A stretch of 64,000 nucleotides of DNA, from assembly GCA_963785725.1 (NCBI GenBank), contig CAWAWS010000004.1, positions 128,001-192,000 on the forward strand, given 5' to 3'. The notes below the pieces were generated by a model. It was not told the DNA's origin, did not search any database, and saw only the letters and a list, made by a program, of their open reading frames with translations. The DNA is from an uncultured delta proteobacterium (GTDB lineage: Bacteria; Myxococcota_A; Polyangia; Palsa-1104). Made by a program: the position numbers and the translations under genes. Numbering within the stretch: position 1 is the stretch's first letter; the number at the start of each line of letters is the position of its first letter. Of the stretch, positions 1 through 11,000 are shown piece after piece.

Positions 1-2628
<2,628 letters not shown>

Positions 2629-2668
2629 CTTCGTAGCTTTAGCCAGTAAAACCAACAGGATCGAGAAC

Positions 2669-3154
2669 ATGCCAGACCAGAAAATCCCCATGACGCCACG
2701 GGGCGCTCAGATGTTGAAGGACGAGCTGAAGCGGCGCAAAGAGGTCGATCGGTTCGCGATCGTCAAAGCGATCGAAGAGGCGCGCGGCCACGGCGACCTC
2801 TCGGAGAACGCCGATTATTCGGCCGCCAAAGAGGCGCAAGGCTTCAACGAAGGGCGCATCAAAGAGCTGGAAGTGATGCTGGCGCTGTCGGACATCATCG
2901 ATCCGACGAAGCTCTCGGGCTCGAAGGTCGTGTTCGGCGCGACCGTCAAGCTCTCCGACAGCGACTCGGGCGAGGAGACGATCTACTCGATCGTCGGCGA
3001 GCAGGAAGCGGACATCAAGAAGGGGCTCATCAGCATCGGCGCGCCGGTCGCGCGCGCGCTCATCGGCCGCGAAGTCGGCGACACCGTCACGGTGCGCACG
3101 CCGAAAGGCTCGCGCGAGTACGAGATCCTCGAAGTCAGCTTCCGCGAGCTGTAG
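2669..3154 (+). CDS. greA: Transcription elongation factor GreA
   Basis: ARGHGDLSENADY motif, VVFGATV, ISIGAPVARALIG; usual position after carB. Confidence 0.95.
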   Translation: MPDQKIPMTPRGAQMLKDELKRRKEVDRFAIVKAIEEARGHGDLSENADYSAAKEAQGFNEGRIKELEVMLALSDIIDPTKLSGSKVVFGATVKLSDSDSGEETIYSIVGEQEADIKKGLISIGAPVARALIGREVGDTVTVRTPKGSREYEILEVSFREL

Positions 3155-3215
3155 CCTCCCGAATTTTTTTCCGCAACCTACGCAACTTCCCCGACCGTTC
3201 CCCGATAAGTTAGGC

Positions 3216-5177
3216 ATGCTTTTCAGAAGCAGCATGCCCTTGTCGATCGATCAGGCGTTGACGCGTTTCGGGCTGACCGAGTTTCGGCCCGGGCAGCGCG
3301 AGATCATTCAAGCGATCCTCGACGGTCGGCCGACGATCGCCGTGTTGCCGACGGGCGCCGGCAAGTCGCTCTGTTATCAGCTGCCGGCGGTGGCGCTCGA
3401 GCAGCTGGCGGTGGTCGTGTCGCCGCTCATCTCATTAATGAAGGATCAGGTCGACGCGCTCACGGCGCGTGGCATTCCGGCGACCTTCATCAACAGCTCG
3501 ATCCCGCCCGATGAGCGCGAGTCGCGGCTGCGCGCGGCGGTGCGCGGCGAGCTGCGTTTGTTGTACGTCGCGCCCGAGCGTTTTCGTTCGGCGTCGTTCG
3601 TGGCGCAGCTGAATCGCGCCAAGCCGGCGCTGTTTGCCGTCGACGAAGCGCACTGCATGGTCGATTGGGGGCACGACTTCCGTCCCGATTACGCGCGGCT
3701 CGGCGAAGTGCGCGCGCAGCTCGGCGCGGCGCGCACGGTGGCGCTGACGGCGACGGCGACGCCCGACGTACGCGACGCCATCGTCGAGCAGCTCGGCCTC
3801 GACGAGCCGGCGGTGTTCGTGCGCGGCTTCGATCGGGCGAACCTGCGCTTGTCGGTGCAGGCGGTGCAAGGCGGTGACGACAAGCTGCGCCGTTGTCTGC
3901 AGCTGCTCGACGAGCCGGACGCGCGCGGTAAAGCGGCGATCGTCTACGCGGCGACGCGCAAGAAGGCGGAGGAGGTGGCGTCGTCGCTGCAACAGCGCGG
4001 CGTCGCGGCGCGGCCGTATCACGCGGGGCTGTCGGATGCCGAGCGCGTCGACGTGCAGGACGCGTGGATGGCCGATCGCGTGCGCGTGGTCGTGGCGACG
4101 AACGCGTTCGGGATGGGCGTCGACAAGCGCGACGTGCGGCTGGTCATTCACCACGAGCTGCCCGGTTCGGCCGAGGCCTATTATCAGGAGGCCGGTCGCG
4201 CCGGTCGTGACGGCAATCCGGCGCGCTGCGTGCTGCTGTTCAATCATGCCGACGTGCGGCTGCGCGAGTTCCTGATTACGGCGAGCGGCAACGACGGACC
4301 GCGGCCGGCGGCGGCGATCCAGGCGGAGAAAGAGCGGCTGCGCGGCATGCTGAATTACGCTTACGCGCGCGGCTGCCGGCGCGCGTTCGTGCTCAGCTAC
4401 TTCGGCGATCAGCCGCGCCGTTGCGGTGGTGACGCGCTGCCGTGTGACGCCTGCGCCGCGCGTCGTGACGACTCGCCGATCTCGGACGAAGAGCATTTGA
4501 TGGTGCGCAAGGTCCTGTCGTGCGTCGCGCGGCTCGATGGCGGGTTCGGCCGCAAGCGGGTCGCCTTGTGCCTCGTCGGCTCGGACGCGCGCGAAGTCGT
4601 CGACGCCGGGCTGCACAAGGTGTCGACGTGGGGCGCGCTGCGTGACCGGCCGGTGGCGTACGTGCTCGACGTGCTCGGCGTGTTGGAAGCGGGCGGCCTC
4701 ATCGTGGCCGAAGGGGACGACTATCCCTGCTTGCGGATCACGCCGGCCGGTCGCGAGGTCATGCACGATCGGGCGCGCCCGTCGCTGTCGATTCCGCGGC
4801 CGGGCGCGCGCCCGGCGCCGGCGCCGAGCGGACGCGGCGGCTCGTCGTCGTCGTCGTCGCGCGCGGCGGCTCCGATGGACGATGGCGAGCCGGTCGATCA
4901 AGAGCTGTTCGGTCGGCTGCGCGCGCTGCGTGCGAAGCTGGCGGCGGCCGAGAAGTTGCCGGCGTACTGCATCTTTCACGATCGAACGCTGTCGGCGTTG
5001 GCGCGCGCACGACCGGCCACGCTCGACGAAATGGCGACGGTCAGCGGAGTTGGTCCGACGAAGCTGGCGAAGTATGGCGAGGCGTTTCTGACGGAATTGC
5101 GCGAAGACGAAGCGCGGAGACGAGCCGGCCGCGCCCGATTGACGGTCAATCGGCGGGTCGAGCGGGCGAAGCTGTGA
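3216..5177 (+). CDS. recQ: RecQ-family DNA helicase with RQC and HRDC domains (alternative start 3234)
   Basis: PTGAGKSLCYQLP, VDEAHC..WGHDFRPDY, ATNAFGMGVDK, YYQEAGRAGRDG; C-terminal HRDC (LPAYCIFHDRTL...GVGPTKLAKYG). Confidence 0.95.
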   Translation: MLFRSSMPLSIDQALTRFGLTEFRPGQREIIQAILDGRPTIAVLPTGAGKSLCYQLPAVALEQLAVVVSPLISLMKDQVDALTARGIPATFINSSIPPDERESRLRAAVRGELRLLYVAPERFRSASFVAQLNRAKPALFAVDEAHCMVDWGHDFRPDYARLGEVRAQLGAARTVALTATATPDVRDAIVEQLGLDEPAVFVRGFDRANLRLSVQAVQGGDDKLRRCLQLLDEPDARGKAAIVYAATRKKAEEVASSLQQRGVAARPYHAGLSDAERVDVQDAWMADRVRVVVATNAFGMGVDKRDVRLVIHHELPGSAEAYYQEAGRAGRDGNPARCVLLFNHADVRLREFLITASGNDGPRPAAAIQAEKERLRGMLNYAYARGCRRAFVLSYFGDQPRRCGGDALPCDACAARRDDSPISDEEHLMVRKVLSCVARLDGGFGRKRVALCLVGSDAREVVDAGLHKVSTWGALRDRPVAYVLDVLGVLEAGGLIVAEGDDYPCLRITPAGREVMHDRARPSLSIPRPGARPAPAPSGRGGSSSSSSRAAAPMDDGEPVDQELFGRLRALRAKLAAAEKLPAYCIFHDRTLSALARARPATLDEMATVSGVGPTKLAKYGEAFLTELREDEARRRAGRARLTVNRRVERAKL

Positions 5178-5456
5178 TCAGCCGCCGTCGGTCGTCGTCG
5201 TCGTGTGCGCCATATCGACGGTCGGTACGACGACGGTCATGTCGGCGGTGACGCTGAGATCGCCGAGCAACGAGTCGGGCGGCTCGCAGAATCCGCCGGC
5301 CTGCGGCGTACCGCCGGCGGGGAAGACGCACAGGAGGTCGCCGCCACAGTCGCTCTGGACCTGACAGCGCTCGCCGACACCTTGCGAACAGGCGGTGAGG
5401 AAGACCAGCGGCATCGTGACGACGAGGAGGGCAGCTAATCTAAGAAAACGCACCAT
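5178..5456 (-). CDS. Small Cys-rich lipoprotein
   Basis: Signal peptide with lipobox LTAC, four further Cys, Asp/Thr-rich tail with DL/DM motifs. Confidence 0.7.
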   Translation of the reverse strand: MVRFLRLAALLVVTMPLVFLTACSQGVGERCQVQSDCGGDLLCVFPAGGTPQAGGFCEPPDSLLGDLSVTADMTVVVPTVDMAHTTTTTDGG

Positions 5457-5463
5457 CGCGATT

Positions 5464-6396
5464 CTATAGCACGACTCCGCGGAGGCAGCGAAATCCGATC
5501 TCGGGCGAGCGCGTCTCGGGAACGGCCGCCTCGCGATAGGTCGTGCGCGCGAAGAACGGCGGCTGGCGCCAGGAGCCGCCGCGCAGGACGCGCATGGCGC
5601 CGGCGTCGGGACCGCGTGGGTTCACGGTCGACGTCGTCTGCGGCGGCTCGACGCGGTAGAAGTCGGCGGTCCACTCCATGACGTTGCCGGCGAGGTCGAG
5701 CACGCCGTCGGGCGATGCGCCGTCGGGATGCGAGCCGACCGGGGCCAAGAAGGCGGCGCCGTCGCTGGCGTCGGGGCGCATGAGCGCGGCGTAGTCGCCG
5801 TCGAGGTCGTCGGGCGTCGTGAAGCGGCCGTGGTTGAAGGCGTTGGCTTTGAGGACGTTGCCCCACGGCCAGACGCGCCCGTCGGTGCCGCGGGCGGCGC
5901 GCTCCCATTCGGCCTCGGTGGGCAGGCGGGCGCCGCGCCAGCCGCAGTAGCTGCTGGCTTCGTCGTAGGTGACGGAAGTGATGGGGAATTCGGGGGCGAT
6001 GAAGCGGCTGTCGGAGAGCGCGAGCGGCGTCGGCGGGCAGGCGCCGGCACGCACGCAGGCTCGATAGGAGGCGACGGTGACTTCGACGCGATCGATGGTG
6101 AAGTCGGAGACGAAGACGCGCTGCTGCGGGCCCTCGGACTCGACGGCGTCGTGGACGCATTGGTGGCGGTTGCGGGCGCTGATTTCGTCGCGGCAGAGCT
6201 CGAGGGCGGTGGCTTGGACTTCGGCGGAGGCGCCCATCGTGAAGAGGCCGCCGCGGATGGGCACCATCGCTTCCAACGGGCGAGCGACGACGGTGGCGCG
6301 GCCGGTGCGCGCTTCGAACGTGGGCGCGGCCGGGCGCGCCGGCGGCGGCGGCGACGCGGCGGTGACGCTGAGGACGAAGACGAGGACGGCGCGCAC
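5464..6396 (-). CDS. Secreted formylglycine-generating enzyme (FGE/SUMF1)-domain protein
   Basis: FTMG, IDRVEVTV, RLPTEAEWERAARG, WPWGN, DLAGNVMEW, RVLRGGSW, IGFRC; GTG start at 6396 followed by a signal-like segment. Confidence 0.9.
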   Translation of the reverse strand: MRAVLVFVLSVTAASPPPPARPAAPTFEARTGRATVVARPLEAMVPIRGGLFTMGASAEVQATALELCRDEISARNRHQCVHDAVESEGPQQRVFVSDFTIDRVEVTVASYRACVRAGACPPTPLALSDSRFIAPEFPITSVTYDEASSYCGWRGARLPTEAEWERAARGTDGRVWPWGNVLKANAFNHGRFTTPDDLDGDYAALMRPDASDGAAFLAPVGSHPDGASPDGVLDLAGNVMEWTADFYRVEPPQTTSTVNPRGPDAGAMRVLRGGSWRQPPFFARTTYREAAVPETRSPEIGFRCLRGVVL

Positions 6397-6425
6397 GGAC
6401 GAAGGATACACTGCGCGGCAGCCCG

Positions 6426-7631
6426 ATGCCGCTTCGCGCACAAAGTCGTCTGCCGAGAGTCGTCGCGGTCGCGATCGCCGGCGCTGCCGCGGCACTGTCG
6501 TCGCCGTTCGCTTCCATCGCGACCGCGGGCGCGACGACGAGCGGGGCGGCGGCGGCCGGCACGGGCGCGACCAGCCGGGCGACCGCTCCCGGCGCGACAA
6601 CCACCCGCGCGATGGCTATTACGACGAATGGCGCCACGACGGTCGGTTCGGCAGCCACGGCGGCGGGCGCGACGCGGACGGCCGCGCAAACGGCGTCGTT
6701 CGATCGGGGCGTCTCGCTGGGCTTGTTCGCCGAGGACTCCGGCTGGTCCTATCGTCCGCTGCTCAACGAGATCGCCGCGACCGGCGCCGATCATGTCGAG
6801 CTCGTCGTTGCGTGGTATCAGTCCGACGGCGCCGCGATCGAAATTGGCGAGCATCCACGCTTCTCGGCGCCACCGACGGCGATTCGCGCGGCGATTCGCG
6901 ACGCGCATGCCGCCGGTCTGGCCGTGCTGCTGTTTCCGATCGTTCGCCTCTCGGCGCCGCGCAATGGCGACGACTGGCGCGGCACGCTGCAGCCCCGCGA
7001 TCGCGCCGCTTGGTGGCGCAGCTACGGTGATCGCCTGGAGTCGCTGGCGCGCCTTGCCGCCGAAGAGCACGTCGCCATGCTCTCGGTCGGCAGCGAGCTC
7101 TCGACGCTCGACGGACCCGCCGATCACGACGCCTGGAAGCGCGTCATCGCCCGCGTGCGCCGTCGCTTCAGCGGTCCGCTGCTGTATTCCGGCAACTGGG
7201 ACCACTTCGCCGACGTCGCCATGTACGACCTGGTCGATCGCATCGGCTTGTGCGCCTACTTCGCGCTCGTCGACGGCAGCACGCCCCACGGCGTCGACGA
7301 CCTCATCCGCGGCTGGCGCGATTGGCGCGCCGAGCTGGCCCGCTTCGCGCGCACGCAAGGCCGTCCGCTGACGCTGACCGAGGTCGGCTACCGCTCGATC
7401 GCCGGCGCCGGCGCGTCGCCGTGGGACGAAGGCTCGCCCGGCACCGTCGACGTCGAGGAGCAGCGCCGCTGCTACGAAGCCTTCCGTCGCGTCTGGCACG
7501 ACGCGCCGCCCGAGCTGTTGGCCGGCGTCTACATTTGGAATTGGTACGGCTGGGGCGGGCCGACGTCACGCAGCTACAGCCCGCGCGGCAAACCGGCGGC
7601 GGCTGAGCTGCGGCAGCTTTTCGGGCGTTGA
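6426..7631 (+). CDS. Secreted TIM-barrel glycoside hydrolase, GH113-like, with Ala/Thr-rich N-terminal linker
   Basis: VGSEL and TEVGYRS glutamate motifs, YSGNWD, GVYIWNW, SPRGKPA; signal peptide. Confidence 0.7.
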   Translation: MPLRAQSRLPRVVAVAIAGAAAALSSPFASIATAGATTSGAAAAGTGATSRATAPGATTTRAMAITTNGATTVGSAATAAGATRTAAQTASFDRGVSLGLFAEDSGWSYRPLLNEIAATGADHVELVVAWYQSDGAAIEIGEHPRFSAPPTAIRAAIRDAHAAGLAVLLFPIVRLSAPRNGDDWRGTLQPRDRAAWWRSYGDRLESLARLAAEEHVAMLSVGSELSTLDGPADHDAWKRVIARVRRRFSGPLLYSGNWDHFADVAMYDLVDRIGLCAYFALVDGSTPHGVDDLIRGWRDWRAELARFARTQGRPLTLTEVGYRSIAGAGASPWDEGSPGTVDVEEQRRCYEAFRRVWHDAPPELLAGVYIWNWYGWGGPTSRSYSPRGKPAAAELRQLFGR

Positions 7632-7801
7632 TTGGCGGGGCGCGTGGAGTGAATGAAGCGCGCGGCGGAGGCAGGCAACTTAATTGCGGTGGGCGCGATA
7701 ACCAAGGGAGGGCGGTTGGGGGTCGTTATCGGAGCTGCGGAGAGCCCACCATCCTCTGGAATCTTAGTCGCGGTTGACCAGGGACGAGGCGAAGCCGATC
7801 T

Positions 7802-8056
7802 GTCGCCGGCTACAGAATCCCGAGGTGCGTGCGGACGGCGAACATATCCTCCGTCGCCGGCCACAGAATCCCGAGGTGCGTGCGGACGGCGAACATATCC
7901 TCCGTCGCCGGCCACAGAATCCCGAGGTGCGTGCGGCGGCGAACATATCCTCCGTCGCCGGCTGCAGAAGCCCGAGGTACCCGCAGACGGCGAACATCCT
8001 CCGTCGCCGGCTATAGAATCCCGAGGTGCTTGCGGACGGCGAACATATCCTCCGTC
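7802..8056. repeat. Tandem repeat, 5 copies of a ~51-bp unit (51, 51, 50, 49, 51 bp), no spacers
   Basis: Unit GTCGCCGGCYACAGAATCCCGAGGTGCGTGCGGACGGCGAACATATCCTCC starts at 7802, 7853, 7904, 7954 and 8003; the last copy overlaps the 3' end of the 8011..13296 gene. Confidence 0.95.
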
Positions 8057-11000
8057 ACGCTCGACCACACGAGATCGAGCAGTCGCTGCGTCGCCGGCAA
8101 CGCCGTGCCCGGCTGCGGCTCACCCGCCACCAGCCGCGCCGACGTCTCCAAATCGCCCGCCAGCATGTAGCCCGCGCGTAACGCCGTCAGATCGCTCGCC
8201 TGCAGCCACGCTAGCGCCGCCGCCTCGCCGCGCACGCCGCCCGCGCGCAGCTTGCGGCCGATCGCCGCCACCTGCTCCAGCTGCGCCGCCGCCAGCGACC
8301 GCTTCATCGCCGCCGCCATCTTGCCGAGGTCGGTGGTCTCGTCGAGCACATCGCCACCGAGCGCCATCGCCGCCTCGACGACGATGCCGAGCTGCTGCGC
8401 CTGCGGCAACACCAAGCGCAAGAGCCGCTCGGGCCTGAGCTGCGCCACGCGCCGACCGAGCTCGAAGACCTGCTCGCGCTCGCCCCGCTTGTCGCCGACC
8501 AACGGCGCGCCGAGCACGAACACCGGCACGTACTGGCTCTTGTCGACGCAATAGGCGAACGTCACCGGCTCCTTCTGCTCCGGCCGCACGTAGGTCTCCG
8601 GCGCCGGCACACCCAACGCCGTCGCCACGTACTTGAGCGCCTTGGCGTACGAGCGCGCGTCATCGAGCGGCAGCGCCTCCTTGCGCACGAGGCCGAGCGC
8701 CTTGTGCGGCTGCGCCTGCGCCACCGCCAACATCGGCCCCATGATCGCGAACAGCGCGTCGAGATAGCGATCCTCGTCGGGATGGGTCAGCCGCTGCCAC
8801 ATCTCGTCACTGATCGTGCGCTTCGCCGTCAACAATCCCGGCAGCTGCGCCTTGTGCCGCGCGATCTTCTCGAGGTCGTCGGGCTCGCCCTTCTTCAAGA
8901 AGGCCAGCGCATACGACAGGTGGATCGACTTATCGCGCTGCGACGTCTGGATATACAGGTGCTTCAACGCGCGGTAGGAGACGACGCGGTTCTTCTCGTT
9001 GCGCAGGATGTACTGGTGCTCGAGGATCGCCTTGTCGAACTTGTCCGGCCCCGCCTGCACGTACAGATCGGCGATCTGCTTGTGCCGCTCGAGCGTGGCT
9101 TTGCCGAACGTGAGCGCCACTTCCAGCGCCGCCAGCGCGCTCTCGCGCTCGCCCAGCTGCGACAGGCAGACGTCGCCGACCGCCGTCCAGATGCGCCGCC
9201 GCTCCTCGTTCTTGCCGTCGGCGTTCTCCGGCGACTCGGGCCCGAGCCGCTTGAGCGTCTTGCGGTAGAAGCGCGCCAACGCCTTCCACTCGCGACGGTC
9301 GATATACAGCTCTTCCAGCGCCTGCGCCGAACGCTCCAGCGAGCCGTCGTCGTCGAGCGCCGCCGACAGGTGCGTCGCGGCGTCTTCGGAGCGGCCGAGC
9401 TCGTCGCGGCAGATGAGGCCGGCGGCGTGGCGATACTTCGCGCGCACCGACGTCGTCTTCTCGCACGCGATGAGCCGCTCGAGCATCTCCAGCGCCCGCG
9501 ACCACGACTTCTCCTCGACATAGACATCGAGGCACTTGTGCAAGAGCTTGTGGTTCTCGGGCTGCAGCTCGAGCCCTTCGCGCCAGGCGGCGATGGCTTC
9601 GGCGCGGTTCTCCAGCTTCGTCAACCACAGGTCGCCGATCTCGGTGTACAGCCGCAGCTTCTCGTCGACGGGCGCCGTCAACAACAGCGCCTTCTTGGCG
9701 TCGATGAGCGACTCCGGCTGCGCCGTGCCCAGCTCCATCGACAACAAGATCGAGGGCCGATGCGTCGGGTCCAGCTCGAGCGCGCGCGACAAGTAGGCCT
9801 TGGCGGCCTCTTTGTGCTGCAGTTGCAGCTCACAGGCCGCCAGCCGCTGGAACAGCTCCACCTTCTCCGACGGCGGCAGATCGTCGACGTGGGTGTGGAA
9901 GATCGCCTCCAACGCCAAGAGCGCCTCCGGCCACTGCCCGTGCGTCCAATGCCACTGCGCGCGACCGCGCGCCGCCGGCAGGTTCTTCGGATCGAGCGTC
10001 GCCGCGCGCGAGTAAGCCTTGCCGATCTTGTCGTCGAGGCCGAGCCGCTCCGCCGACTGCGCCAAGCGCACCAGCCGCTCGACCAGCACCGGCGACTCGC
10101 TCTCTTTGCGCGTCAACATCTCGAGCACCGGCACGAGATCTTCGTAGCGCTCGGCCTTCCACAGCAGCTCGGCCACGCGCTCGCCCGCTTCGACGTGCTC
10201 GGGATCGACCGCCAGCGCGTCCAGATAGAGCTGCGTCGCCTTCTTGCCGTCGTCGAGCCCGTCGAAGATCTCGCCCGCCTCGACGTAGAGGCGCGTCTTC
10301 TCCAGCCGATTCGTCGTGTGCGGCACCGCTTCCACGAGCAGCTTGGCCGCCTTCAAGAACTCGCCATGCTTCCGATAAATCTCGACCAGCGCCGTCATCG
10401 TCGGCACGTGCGTCGGGTCGAGCTCGAGCGCGCGCACGAAGCGCGTCTCGGCCGCGCGCGCGTCGCTCAGCTTGCCGGCATAAATCTCGCCGGCGCGGAA
10501 CACGTGCTCGAGCTTCTCCGCCTTCACTTCCGCGATCTGCGCGCGCCGCTCGAGCACGTCGGCCGCCTTCTGCCACTCGCTCGACTTCTCGTACAGCCGC
10601 GTCAACGCCGCCATCGTCTCGCCGTGGTTCGGCAGCGCCGTCTCGACGTCGAGGAACGCCTCGATGGCGCGCGCCGGATCGCGCAGCTCGTTCTCGTAAA
10701 TGGCGCCGATCTGCGCGTGCAGCTCGCCCGCGATCGGCGGCGGCACGATGGCCGCGTGCCGACGCAGGACGTCGACGAGCGCGTCCCACTTCTTGTCGGC
10801 GCGATAAAGCCGCTCGAGCGAGCGCAGCGCGTCTTCGGAGCGGCTGTCGACGGAGAGCAGCTTCTCCAGGCACTCCTCGGCACCGTCGGCGCCGCCCGGC
10901 AGCTCCTCGTACAACGAAGCCATGCGGCGATAGAGCGCCGCTCGCTCGCGCGGCTCGGCCACGTCCGCCTGCCGTCCGAGGCTCTCGATGTAACGCTGCT

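Noticed and set aside
7802..8056. CRISPR array
   Set aside because: Units are contiguous with no unique spacers, the unit is the neighbouring gene's 3' end, and no cas genes are present.
7802..8056. Diversity-generating retroelement template/variable repeats
   Set aside because: Several differences fall at coding-strand adenines, but C>T and T>C changes and indels also occur, the unit is short, and no reverse transcriptase is in the window.
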